From contig CAVTMK010000004.1 of the NCBI GenBank assembly GCA_963735805.1, positions 608,001 through 672,000 of the forward strand: a stretch of DNA of 64,000 nucleotides. Reading direction: 5' to 3'. Shown in pieces: positions 37,138-46,622 of the stretch. The notes below the pieces were generated by a model. It saw only the letters and a list, made by a program, of their open reading frames with translations. It did no database searches and was not told the DNA's origin. Both the position numbers and the translations under genes were made by a program. Position 1 is the first letter of the stretch; each line of letters opens with the position of its first letter. This DNA comes from an uncultured Verrucomicrobiae bacterium. Its GTDB lineage: Bacteria > Verrucomicrobiota > Verrucomicrobiia > Chthoniobacterales > UBA10450.

Positions 37138-38199
37138 ATGAAAAAGACCATCCTCCAAACACTCGCACCGGTTACCCAATACTTCGGAAACTCAACAAAC
37201 CACCCGGTTTTTCGATACCGCTCATTTCTCGTTCCACTTGGGCTGGTGTGCCTTGCGCTTTGCCAACATGTGCAAAGCGCCGTCGACACACCAGATCCAG
37301 GTCCCGTTCCCGTAAGCAATACGGCCGATGGGCAAAGCGCCCTTCAGAGTATTGCCAGCGGCATCTACAATTCAGCATTCGGCATATATTCGCTTCTCAG
37401 CCTCACCGATGGCAATTTTAACACCGGTGTTGGTGCCGGCACACTTCTTGTCAACACGGCGGGTGAAAATACAGCTACCGGCGCCGGCGCGCTTTTAAGC
37501 AACACCATCGGCGACCAAAACACAGGTAATGGCGTGTTCGCTCTATTTAATAATGTTGAAGGTATTCGTAACACTGCGATCGGCGCTCGAGCGCTTCTTA
37601 ACAATGTGGACGATTCTAATACCGCTATCGGCGCTGAAGCGCTTGGCGCGAACACGACCGGTGCTTTTAACGTGGCCGTCGGTGGTAGCGCGCTCCTTGA
37701 CAACACCGCAGGCGCCAGCAACACGGCCGTCGGGGTTGGTTCGCTCAGCCAGGCAACCGGTGATGGCAATATCGCCTTGGGCCGTGTAGCTGGATTTGGT
37801 ATCACCACCGGAAACAATATAATCGCAATCGGTCAACTGCCTGGTGTGTCTGGTGCTTTTGGCGAGGTGGATGACAGCTGCTATATCGCCAACATCTTTG
37901 GTGCGACCGTTGATGCCGGCACAGTCACCATTGTGGGAGTCGACGCCGATGGAAAATTAGGTACGACTGCCGCCGATGCCGCTGGAAATAAGGTGCCGTT
38001 AGCTAACCTGCTAGGCGGTCAACCCCAAGCCATGCTCAGTCGCAAAGTTGAAACGTTGCAAGCAACGGTCGTGCACCAACAGCAACAAATAGAGATTCTA
38101 ACCTCGCAGCTTAAGGAGCAATCCGCACAAATTCAAAAAGTGAGCGCACAAATGGAGCTTGGCAAACCCGCGGCGCAAACGGTGCTGAACAATCAGTAG
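37138..38199 (+). CDS. Secreted N-T-A-x-G repeat (beta-roll/adhesin-like) protein with C-terminal coiled coil
   Basis: Signal-like segment, about 14-aa repeats (NTAxG..AL..N..G) and a QIQKVSAQ coiled coil. SD GGGAGG upstream. Confidence 0.8.
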   Translation: MKKTILQTLAPVTQYFGNSTNHPVFRYRSFLVPLGLVCLALCQHVQSAVDTPDPGPVPVSNTADGQSALQSIASGIYNSAFGIYSLLSLTDGNFNTGVGAGTLLVNTAGENTATGAGALLSNTIGDQNTGNGVFALFNNVEGIRNTAIGARALLNNVDDSNTAIGAEALGANTTGAFNVAVGGSALLDNTAGASNTAVGVGSLSQATGDGNIALGRVAGFGITTGNNIIAIGQLPGVSGAFGEVDDSCYIANIFGATVDAGTVTIVGVDADGKLGTTAADAAGNKVPLANLLGGQPQAMLSRKVETLQATVVHQQQQIEILTSQLKEQSAQIQKVSAQMELGKPAAQTVLNNQ

Positions 38200-38225
38200 A
38201 GACTGTACGTTGCGTTGTTGATTCA

Positions 38226-38250
38226 GCCGCGGTCAACGACCGCGGCTACA
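38226..38250. repeat. GTAG-family REP palindrome
   Basis: GCCGCGGTC-AAC-GACCGCGGC-TACA between convergent genes. Related copies at 53791-53866, 41308-41341 and 1428-1452. Confidence 0.7.
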
Positions 38251-38273
38251 ACACTCGCGGCAATTGTTCCAAA

Positions 38274-38573
38274 TCAAAAGACAATCTCGAACAGTTTAAT
38301 ACCGTTCCATTTTCCGGGGTGGTTCGGATCGAAAGAGGTGCTGTCCACCCACGTCCCGTAGCGCGCGGGCGCCCAGGGATTGAGCATCTGGAACGGATTA
38401 CGGCCAGCACCGAGTCCTCGCGGAACTACCCCCTCGACCGCGGGACGTTCCGAGATTGGCGGGGGCGTGGGCATCGCGCGCACCGGTTTTTGCGGTCCAA
38501 TTGGGGCTCTGAATTCTTGTGCCCACGCGGTTGCAACGAGCGCAGCGAGGATTGCTATGACTAATGTTTTCAT
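38274..38573 (-). CDS. Small secreted hypothetical protein
   Basis: Clear signal peptide MKTLVIAILAALVATAWA; C-terminal F. Confidence 0.7.
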   Translation of the reverse strand: MKTLVIAILAALVATAWAQEFRAPIGPQKPVRAMPTPPPISERPAVEGVVPRGLGAGRNPFQMLNPWAPARYGTWVDSTSFDPNHPGKWNGIKLFEIVF

Positions 38574-38642
38574 GTTTTTTCCTTTCGTTCGCGGCGCGCA
38601 AGTTCTTGCCCGTCACAACACCTGCCCACATTATATACGCCG

Positions 38643-39614
38643 ATGGACTACCTTGAAAAGGCCGGACGTGTACTGGATATAGAAATTTTTGAGCTCAAGC
38701 GATTACGGGAGCGCCTGGGCGAAAATTTCACCCAGGCCGTTGAGGTCATCAAGGAGGCGGTCGATGCGCGGGGCAAAGTCGTCGTTGTGGGAGTTGGCAA
38801 GTCCGGGCACGTCGGGGCCAAGATAGCCGCCACGTTGACCAGCACCGGATCTCCGGCAGTGGTGCTTGATTCTTCGAACGCTTTGCATGGTGACCTCGGC
38901 GTAATTGCCGATGGTGATGTCGTACTTGCCTTGAGCGCAAGCGGAGAGACCGAAGAAATGGTGCGGATTCTTCCTGCGATCTCCCGTTTCCAAGTGCGAA
39001 TCATCGCCATGTGCGGGGAGGCTAATTCGACGCTGGCGCAAAATGCGCACCTGTTTCTTGACGTAAACATCGAGCAGGAAGCGTGTCCGTTGAATCTCGC
39101 GCCAACGTCAAGCACTACTGTGATGCTGGCGCTCGGAGATGCCCTGGCGATGGTACTGTTGGAAGCGCGCGGGTTTAACAAGGAGGATTTTGCGAAGTTT
39201 CATCCCGGCGGAATGATCGGCCGCAGTATGCTTGTGCGAGTTCACCAGGTCATGCGCCCACGTGAGGCGATGGCAATTGTTTCGACTGATACGTCGGTGC
39301 GCGACGTCCTAAAAGCAATGACCAGCGTGCGTGCCGGCGCTGCCGTTGTGACCGACGAAAATCAAAAGTTAATGGGTATTTTTACCCACGGCGATTTCGT
39401 GCGCCATTTTCAATTCGATTCAAAGATCGGCCAACGACTCGTTGCAGATCTGATGACGTTGAATCCGGTCACAGTGCATAAAGACAAGCTTGCCGTTGAG
39501 GTTCTTAATCTGCTCGAACGCCATCGTATCGATGACCTGGTTGTCGTCGATGATGACAGCGTGCCCGTTGGGATTGTGGATTCACAGGACCTTACGCGGC
39601 TAAAGCTACTGTAG
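38643..39614 (+). CDS. kdsD: Arabinose-5-phosphate isomerase (KdsD/KpsF/GutQ)
   Basis: GVGKSGH, HGDLG, EACPLNLAPTSST, FHPGG and two CBS domains. Confidence 0.93.
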   Translation: MDYLEKAGRVLDIEIFELKRLRERLGENFTQAVEVIKEAVDARGKVVVVGVGKSGHVGAKIAATLTSTGSPAVVLDSSNALHGDLGVIADGDVVLALSASGETEEMVRILPAISRFQVRIIAMCGEANSTLAQNAHLFLDVNIEQEACPLNLAPTSSTTVMLALGDALAMVLLEARGFNKEDFAKFHPGGMIGRSMLVRVHQVMRPREAMAIVSTDTSVRDVLKAMTSVRAGAAVVTDENQKLMGIFTHGDFVRHFQFDSKIGQRLVADLMTLNPVTVHKDKLAVEVLNLLERHRIDDLVVVDDDSVPVGIVDSQDLTRLKLL

Positions 39615-39627
39615 CACTTTTCTGCGC

Positions 39628-39742
39628 TTTCATCCCGAGTCGCGCAACGGCAAAGGGCCTCACAATTTGTTGAGCGGTCGTGCAATGTGGCTAGTGTATA
39701 CGGGCATTCTGCGTGAGATCCTTCGCTTTGCTCGGGATGACA
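39628..39742. repeat. About 115-bp palindromic element with TCATCCCGAG terminal inverted repeats
   Basis: TCATCCCGAG (39630-39639) and CTCGGGATGA (39731-39740). Homologous to 62072-62187 in inverted orientation. Confidence 0.75.
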
Positions 39743-39803
39743 TGCTTGCATGAGCGCTAACTATAAGTAACGTCCGCGCTCCGGTTTAACAATTTAATGT
39801 CCC

Positions 39804-40361
39804 ATGCCTGCAGCCAACGATCTTCGCAAAGGAATGGCCATAAAATATAATGGCAACGCGGCCATTGTGCTCGAAGTCCATCATCGCACGCCTGGAAATT
39901 TGCGCGCCTTCGTCCAGGCGATCATTCGCTACATCAATACTGGCAAAAGTGCCGACGTTCGTTTCGGCTCAACCGACAAGGTCGAACTCGTTGAGATCGA
40001 ACGAAAACAGCTCGAATTCAGTTACAAAGACCGCAACGGATATCACTTCATGGATCCCGAGACGTATGACACGATCACCTTGCAGGAAAATCTGATCGGC
40101 GACGCCAAAGATTACCTGGTAGAAAATCTTTCCGTGCAGGTGCTCTATGCGGAAGGCAAACCGGTACAGATCGAGCTACCCGCGTCTGTGAGCCTTAAGG
40201 TGATCGAATCTCCGGAAGGCCTGCGCGGCGACACGGCGAGTAATGTGACTAAACCAGCCACACTCGAAACCGGCATGACTATCAACGTCCCGCTCTTCAT
40301 CAAGGAAGGCGAAGCGATCAAGATCGATACGCGCACCCGCGCCTACATGGGCCGCGCGTGA
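39804..40361 (+). CDS. efp: Translation elongation factor P
   Basis: DLRKG, TPGNLRAF loop, FMD.ETY, RGDTA...KPATLETG..I.VPLFI. Confidence 0.96.
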   Translation: MPAANDLRKGMAIKYNGNAAIVLEVHHRTPGNLRAFVQAIIRYINTGKSADVRFGSTDKVELVEIERKQLEFSYKDRNGYHFMDPETYDTITLQENLIGDAKDYLVENLSVQVLYAEGKPVQIELPASVSLKVIESPEGLRGDTASNVTKPATLETGMTINVPLFIKEGEAIKIDTRTRAYMGRA

Positions 40362-40489
40362 TCGCGCTTTTTGGGTAACGGTTCGATCGGAGGGCGTAGC
40401 TCTTCCCCCACAATTTGTCTGTGCGATCCGCGTAATCCGCGGTTCCGTCTTGATTTTGGCTGGTTAACGCTGCGTAATCTGCGGCAACT

Positions 40490-41302
40490 TTGGCTGCACG
40501 AAAAAGAAGATCGAGAAACAACCGCGGCAAGCGCAAATCCAAGCGCGGCCGGACGGTTGTCCGTAACGTCGCTCGGGCCCGAACACTCGTTCCAGTATCG
40601 GATCCGCTCACAGTGCCGACGCGCTGGGTGAAATTCGTTTTTGCGATTTTCCTTCTGCCGATCTGCGCAATTCTAAGTCAGACATTTTTTACCGCGTTCG
40701 CTCGCGCAGCGGTGGTGCAACGGTTTTGGGCAGGTGAAGAATTTTGGTTTTTCTCATTGGGCGCGGTACTGTGGTTAATTGCGTTTTTTGGTCTTCCGCG
40801 TCCGATCCTCATCTACGTCTTCGGACACGAATTAACTCACGCGCTCTGGGTTTGGTTGATGGGTGGACGCGTGAGTCGGTTTCGCGTTGGCCGTGATGGT
40901 GGACATGTAGTTACTAACAAGGCCAATTTCTGGATCGCGCTCGCGCCGTACTTTTTTCCTCTCTACAGCATCCTGGCAATTGCCATTTATGGGGCGCTCA
41001 GCCTTTTTGTGAATATGCAGCCGTACGGCCGATGGCTTTACGCCGTGATCGGTGTGACTTGGGCATTCCACTTCACGTTCACCTGCTGGATGATCCCGAA
41101 GAATCAGACTGACCTCAGCGATCAGGGCACGTTCTTCTCACTCGTGGTGATCTATTTGATGAACCTGTTGTTGCTCAGCGTGCTGCTGGTTCTCGCCTCG
41201 CCGCAAATTACGTTCGCAGGTTTCGGTGCGGATTTGCTGACCAACCTTGGCAACTTCGCGCGGTGGGTTGTCGATCTCTTTGCAAGGTCCCGGCCGCATT
41301 GA
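40490..41302 (+). CDS. Membrane protein with HExxH motif (M50-like metallopeptidase)
   Basis: Multiple TM segments, GHELTH and LAPYF; start uncertain. Confidence 0.7.
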   Translation: MAARKRRSRNNRGKRKSKRGRTVVRNVARARTLVPVSDPLTVPTRWVKFVFAIFLLPICAILSQTFFTAFARAAVVQRFWAGEEFWFFSLGAVLWLIAFFGLPRPILIYVFGHELTHALWVWLMGGRVSRFRVGRDGGHVVTNKANFWIALAPYFFPLYSILAIAIYGALSLFVNMQPYGRWLYAVIGVTWAFHFTFTCWMIPKNQTDLSDQGTFFSLVVIYLMNLLLLSVLLVLASPQITFAGFGADLLTNLGNFARWVVDLFARSRPH

Positions 41303-41336
41303 GCATCGGCACAGTCGGCGGCGCACCGCGCCGTGG

Positions 41337-44177
41337 CTACAGGTTGGTGATCGCAGCGAACGGCAGGATCGACAATGCGTCCAGAAGTTTCATTCGTCCA
41401 TCGTGAACAGGGACAGGATGACAGGTAAAAAGGTCGTGCGCGTGTTCCAGTGAAAGCGCCTCCGGAATTTCGACTGTTGTGGCTTTCCAACTCTCACCAA
41501 CCGGCGGGAAACCAACACGAGAAGAAAGTCGCGGTGCGATTACAATAATCGATTGATCTCCCAGGTGTCGGGCGAAACTGACGCAGCATTCCGCAAATTC
41601 GCCACTCGGTGTCAGCGGCAGATATTGTCCCCGCTGAAAAAGTGCAATGTGGTCACGTCGAAATTGCAGGACGCGCTGTGTTAGAAACATCTTGATCCGG
41701 CCGTCAGGCCAGCTGCGCACAAGGTCTTGTGGGTTGACTGTTACCAGGGCTTCCAGCATTTCGCGACGCAATTTGTAATCGACCGGGCGTCGATTGTCGG
41801 GATCGACCAGGCTATAATCCCAAATCTCGTTGCCTTGATAGATGTCGGGCACTCCTGGTGAAGTCAGCTTCAGCAGCGTTTGCGAGAGTGAATTAACGCT
41901 GCCGAGCTGTGCTAGCTCCTTCGCAACCGGAATAAATAGTGGAAGGAATTTGTTTCGCGGCGATGGGTCCAGAATTTTTGCAACGAAGTCGCTCATCGCC
42001 GCGTCCCATTTTTGATTTGGCTGGATCCAGCTCGTGTTGATCTTTGCTTCGTGCAATGCTTTGGCCATGTACGCTTGAATTCGTTCGATGTACTCCGGAG
42101 TTGCCACACCTTCGGGTTCGCCGTCGGCTCGTGTCGGCCACGTCCCCAACAGAGTTTGATAGAGCAGGTATTCTTCGTTCGCATCCGGCGCTTCGACGTC
42201 GTTGATCGTTCGTTTCCAGCGACGATTCGAGGTACGCCATCGTTGCAACGAACGCCGCCAGAGGTCCGGGAGTTCGGAGATCGCCACCATTCGGGCGCGC
42301 ACATCTTCGCTGCGTTTCGTGTCATGTGTCGAAGTGGCGAGCAACGTCGACGGCCAATTGCGTTGTCGATCGATATTCCGCTCGTGAAATGCCTCGACGC
42401 TTAATCCAAACTGTTGTGGCTCGCCGCCCACTTCGTTTAATGCCGGTAGCCGGTTATAGATGTAGAACACAGTGTCTTCCAGTCCCTTGGCCATGATCGG
42501 CCCTGTAGCCTGCTGAAACTTTAGAACGAACTGCGTATGTTCGGCGCGCGCCTTTGCATCCAGGTTTGGCGGAAAACGGAAGACGAGGACGTCGCGAAGA
42601 AAATTGAAAATTGATTCTTCCATTGCCGGATTGCGCCGCTTTGCCGCGATGATCGCGCGCTCGACGATCTCCCGGTCTTCTTCGGTCACGGGCTGTCCCG
42701 GCTCCAAGTATGTTCGGTAGACCGGAAAACATGCAATCGTTTCGCGCACCGTGCGCGAGAGCGCCTCGAGCGTAAAATCACGGTACCATCTGTTTTGCTC
42801 GGACAGACGATCAAGCATGTTGCCCAGCACATCGACATCATTGGCGAGGGACAGTTTCATGACCTGCAACTTTTTTGCGTACAGCAAATGGCCGAACGGC
42901 ATCGAGTGACCAATAAAACGGTGGAATGTTTTTGTAATTGCCGTTTCCGCTAAGGAATCGACCAGTAACTGCGCCGCTTGATTCGCAAAGTCGTAGCCGG
43001 TCGTGCCGTGTACCCGCCAATCCTTGTGGAGCGTTTCGCCACCTGTGAGGATTTTCTCCGCCAGCATGTAAATGGCGCGCCCGTCCCTGGGCAATGCAAT
43101 TCCGAGCGCTTTCGCGCAACGCTGCTGAAGCTTTTCAAAATATTCGCGCGGCAGATAAAGACCGTCCGGATGATCGATGCGAAGAGCTGTCACTGCTCCG
43201 CTGCCAACTAGCTCGAGTGTCAGCCGATGAATGGCATCAAAAACCTTTGGCAGCTCAACTCGAATTGCGGCCAGGTCATTCACATCGAAAAAGCGACGGT
43301 AATTAATTTCCTCTGCGGCGACTCGCCAAAAAGCCAGCCGGTAAGACTGCGCATTAAGAAATTCATTCAGGGCATCAAAGCTGCGAGGGTCTCCGGGCTC
43401 CCCGTTGATTTGGACCAGCGCCTTTTCAATTGCCTGTTGGACTTGCGGAGCTTCCGCGCAACGACGTTCGAGGCGCCGCTTGATGATTTCTTTTTCACGA
43501 ATGCGTTCCGCGATGCGTTTCGGATCGGTCTCGGTCCGTTTTGGTAAATATTCGAGCGCGGTCAGAATACTTTGCAGTTCCGCGTAGAAGTCTTCCTCCT
43601 TGTGTTCGGCGAGATTTTGTAACCCGATTTTCAGAACGTAACGGTACGTTCCCGGAGCGATCGGCAATCGGCGCTCGCCATAGACCAGATAAAATGTTCC
43701 CTCGTCAAAACGTACTTGAAGCTCTCCGCGCTCGAGCACGCGCCCATATTGATCGCTTAAAATCGGTAGCAAAACTTTGTCTCGGAGATCCGACTTCAAC
43801 GGCTGCCAATCGATGTCGAAATAAGGCGCATATCTGGAGCTTGGTCCGTTTTCGAGCACATCCATCCACCAATGGTTGAGCGGCTCCGCGATTCCAACGT
43901 GGTTCGGCACAAAGTCCAGCACCTGCCCCATGGAACGTCTATGCAGCTCCGCGACCCAGGAATCATAATCTTCCCGTGAGCCGACCGCCGCGTTGAGCTT
44001 GTTATGATCGGTGATGTCGTACCCGTGGAGGCTATCCGGGCTCGCCTGAAAATAAGGTGACGCGTAAACGTCTGTGACTCCCAGTGCGTCCAGGTACGGG
44101 ACAATTTCGCGGGCCTGCGAAAAGGTGAACCAACGATTAAATTGCAATCGGTATGTACAGGTTGGAATCCTTGTCAT
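41337..44177 (-). CDS. treY: Malto-oligosyltrehalose synthase
   Basis: P..TYRLQF, SLHGYD, DFVPNH, NYRRFF, RIDHPDGL, EKIL, STHDTKRSEDVRAR and SLVDPDNRRPVD. Likely start ATG 44177. Confidence 0.95.
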   Translation of the reverse strand: MTRIPTCTYRLQFNRWFTFSQAREIVPYLDALGVTDVYASPYFQASPDSLHGYDITDHNKLNAAVGSREDYDSWVAELHRRSMGQVLDFVPNHVGIAEPLNHWWMDVLENGPSSRYAPYFDIDWQPLKSDLRDKVLLPILSDQYGRVLERGELQVRFDEGTFYLVYGERRLPIAPGTYRYVLKIGLQNLAEHKEEDFYAELQSILTALEYLPKRTETDPKRIAERIREKEIIKRRLERRCAEAPQVQQAIEKALVQINGEPGDPRSFDALNEFLNAQSYRLAFWRVAAEEINYRRFFDVNDLAAIRVELPKVFDAIHRLTLELVGSGAVTALRIDHPDGLYLPREYFEKLQQRCAKALGIALPRDGRAIYMLAEKILTGGETLHKDWRVHGTTGYDFANQAAQLLVDSLAETAITKTFHRFIGHSMPFGHLLYAKKLQVMKLSLANDVDVLGNMLDRLSEQNRWYRDFTLEALSRTVRETIACFPVYRTYLEPGQPVTEEDREIVERAIIAAKRRNPAMEESIFNFLRDVLVFRFPPNLDAKARAEHTQFVLKFQQATGPIMAKGLEDTVFYIYNRLPALNEVGGEPQQFGLSVEAFHERNIDRQRNWPSTLLATSTHDTKRSEDVRARMVAISELPDLWRRSLQRWRTSNRRWKRTINDVEAPDANEEYLLYQTLLGTWPTRADGEPEGVATPEYIERIQAYMAKALHEAKINTSWIQPNQKWDAAMSDFVAKILDPSPRNKFLPLFIPVAKELAQLGSVNSLSQTLLKLTSPGVPDIYQGNEIWDYSLVDPDNRRPVDYKLRREMLEALVTVNPQDLVRSWPDGRIKMFLTQRVLQFRRDHIALFQRGQYLPLTPSGEFAECCVSFARHLGDQSIIVIAPRLSSRVGFPPVGESWKATTVEIPEALSLEHAHDLFTCHPVPVHDGRMKLLDALSILPFAAITNL

Positions 44178-44274
44178 GTCGAGCGAAGTCGAGACATCTC
44201 TCAATGTTCTCCTTGTGAGCCTTGTTCAAACGGTAAGAAATTCCAGAGCTTCTTCGACTTCACTCGGAATAACA
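44172..44274. repeat. About 100-bp palindromic element (TGTCAT..GAGCG family)
   Basis: TGTCATGTCGAGCGAAGTCGAGACATCTC ... TTCGACTTCACTCGGAATAACA imperfect inverted arms. Confidence 0.65.
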
Positions 44275-44282
44275 AAAACCCG

Positions 44283-45989
44283 CTACATTTTCTCGGGCAC
44301 TTTGATGCCTAACAAATCAAGGCCGCGATAAAGAACGCGCCCGGCAAGATCACACAATGCCAGTCGCGAGCTGCGGGCCGGTTCCTCCGATTTCAAAACA
44401 GGACAGGCTTCATAGAATGTATGAAAGTTGTTTGCGAGCTCGAACAAATAATTTGCCAGAATGTTCGGGCGGAAATCGTTTAGAACCTGCGGAACGATCT
44501 CCGCGAACTGACACAGGCGTTTGGCAAGGTTGACTTCCGCGGACTCGCGCAGGATTAGCGTGCCAATCTTCGGCACAGACTCGCCGGCCTTGCGGAAAAT
44601 CGAGCGAATTCGCACATACGCGTTTTGAAGATATGGCGCCGTGTTTCCCTGCAGGGATAACATTTTGTCCCACGAAAAAACGTAATCGGTCATCCGGTAC
44701 TGTGACAGGTCAGCATATTTTACTGCACCTATCCCGATTTTCTGTGCGACGTCGATCTTCTCCGCCTCGCTTAGGTCCGGATTTTTTTCGTCGATGATTT
44801 GGCGTGCGCGCCTGCATGCCTCCTCGAGAAGTTCGAGCAACGGCACGTTTTCGCCCGATCGCGTTTTCATCAGTTTGCGATTTTCACCGAGGATGCTCCC
44901 AAACGTGACGTGGCGAAGATCGGCTTGATAACCCTGTCGCCGCGCAATCTCGAAAATTTGTTTGAAATGTAGAATTTGCGGGGCGCCGACCACATACCAA
45001 ACAGCGTCCGCTTTCAAATCGTCGAGGCGATAATCGATCGTCGCGATGTCGGTTGTGGCGTAATTGAATGCTCCATCGCGTTTGCGGATGATGCATGGTT
45101 TATCAGCCAGCTCTGGAATATCGCGAAAGAAAACGACTACTGCGCCCTCGCTGATTTCAGCAATCCCTGATTTAAGCAAGCGTTCCACTATGCCCGGGAG
45201 GCGGTCGTTGTAAAAACTTTCGCCACATTGGATATCGTAGTGAATATCGAGCAATTCGTACACGTGCTCGAACTCCTGCATGGACAAGGCAACGCATTCG
45301 TTCCAGATATCGATGTTTTCCCTATCCCCGGCTTGCAGTTTTACCAGTTCCTGGCGACAAGCTTCTCTCACCGCGGGATCACTCACTGCGAGCGTGTTCG
45401 TTTCTTTGTAAATGCGGACGATTTCAGCCAGTGGATTTTGCTGAAGCGCGCGCTGGTCCAGCAGATTTTTCCAGCCGTAAATGACCATCCCAAATTGGGT
45501 TCCCCAGTCGCCGATGTGATTATCGCGGATCACTTCGTGCCCGAGAAACGTTGAAATACGCGCCAGCGCATCGCCCAGAACGGTGCTGCGGATATGACCG
45601 ACGTGCATCGGTTTAGCCACATTTGGAGATCCGAAATCAATCACGATGCGCCGTGGCGATTCTATCTCCCCGACGCCAAGTCTTTCGTCGTCCAGAATAC
45701 TAACGGTTTTTTCTGCAACGGCCCCAGGGCGCAATGTAAAATTGATGAAACCGGGGCCTGCGATTACTGGCGCTTCGCAAAGGTCACCGACGTTAAGGTG
45801 GTCGATGATTTTTTGGGCGACTTCCCTCGGATTTTCGCCCCGCCGCTTTCCAAGCACCAGGGCTGCATTTGTCTGGTAATCGCCGAAGCGCGGATCGGTT
45901 GCCGGCGTTAATTCGCCTCCGTCCGGCAGGCCGGCGGCAGCCAGGGCATGGGAAAGCTTCTTTGCGAGTAGTGATTGGAAGGTCTCCAT
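44283..45989 (-). CDS. argS: Arginine--tRNA ligase
   Basis: GDYQ.N, SPNVAKPMHVGH (HIGH), GDWGTQFG, MKTR.G and GNTAPYLQNAY.R. Confidence 0.97.
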   Translation of the reverse strand: METFQSLLAKKLSHALAAAGLPDGGELTPATDPRFGDYQTNAALVLGKRRGENPREVAQKIIDHLNVGDLCEAPVIAGPGFINFTLRPGAVAEKTVSILDDERLGVGEIESPRRIVIDFGSPNVAKPMHVGHIRSTVLGDALARISTFLGHEVIRDNHIGDWGTQFGMVIYGWKNLLDQRALQQNPLAEIVRIYKETNTLAVSDPAVREACRQELVKLQAGDRENIDIWNECVALSMQEFEHVYELLDIHYDIQCGESFYNDRLPGIVERLLKSGIAEISEGAVVVFFRDIPELADKPCIIRKRDGAFNYATTDIATIDYRLDDLKADAVWYVVGAPQILHFKQIFEIARRQGYQADLRHVTFGSILGENRKLMKTRSGENVPLLELLEEACRRARQIIDEKNPDLSEAEKIDVAQKIGIGAVKYADLSQYRMTDYVFSWDKMLSLQGNTAPYLQNAYVRIRSIFRKAGESVPKIGTLILRESAEVNLAKRLCQFAEIVPQVLNDFRPNILANYLFELANNFHTFYEACPVLKSEEPARSSRLALCDLAGRVLYRGLDLLGIKVPEKM

Positions 45990-46069
45990 CGAATTATTTT
46001 AACGCCTTCATGACGCAGGCAATCTTGCCTGGTCATCCCTGATTTTCGCAGACACGATTGTCTGCGTCA

Positions 46070-46528
46070 CTACGAACGATCGCGGAAGATCGACAGGATT
46101 TCCTCGGCCGATTTCGCACTGGCCAGGCTTTCGCGCACAGAGCGATCGTTTAGAAATTTTGCGATTGAGGCCAGCGTGCGCAGGTGCGTTTGAAATTGGT
46201 TTTTCGGGACGATGAACAGCACGACGAACTTGACCGGCGCGTTGTCGAGCGCATCAAACTCGATGCCTGTCGTCGATCTTCCGAATGCAGCTACCACTTC
46301 CTCGAGCCGATCGGAAGAGCAATGTGGAATGGCGATCCCAAACCCAATGCCTGTGCTCATTGTCTCCTCGCGCTGTTTCAGTGAAGCCAGGATGGGATCC
46401 CGGTCTTCCGTTTTGATTTTTCCGAGACTAACGAGGAGATCGATCAATTCAACGATGGCAGCCCAGCGCTCCGTTGCCTTCATCTCAGGGATGATTTGCT
46501 CGACAGAAAGTAAATTGGCCAACGACAT
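46070..46528 (-). CDS. ptsN: PTS IIA (Ntr/fructose-mannitol type) protein
   Basis: REETMSTGIGFGIAIPH and FDALD..PV. Confidence 0.85.
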   Translation of the reverse strand: MSLANLLSVEQIIPEMKATERWAAIVELIDLLVSLGKIKTEDRDPILASLKQREETMSTGIGFGIAIPHCSSDRLEEVVAAFGRSTTGIEFDALDNAPVKFVVLFIVPKNQFQTHLRTLASIAKFLNDRSVRESLASAKSAEEILSIFRDRS

Positions 46529-46552
46529 GCGAATTCCCGGTACGGGAGGGCT

Positions 46553-46580
46553 AGCTTAGCGGGGGCGTCTAAGTTGACAA
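46553..46580 (-). promoter_or_regulatory. Candidate sigma70 promoter of the PTS IIA gene
   Basis: TTGTCA-N16-TAAGCT on the minus strand. Confidence 0.4.
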
Positions 46581-46622
46581 GCGCGATTTGACACGCTGTC
46601 CCGCGTGTCTCATCGGCATCTG

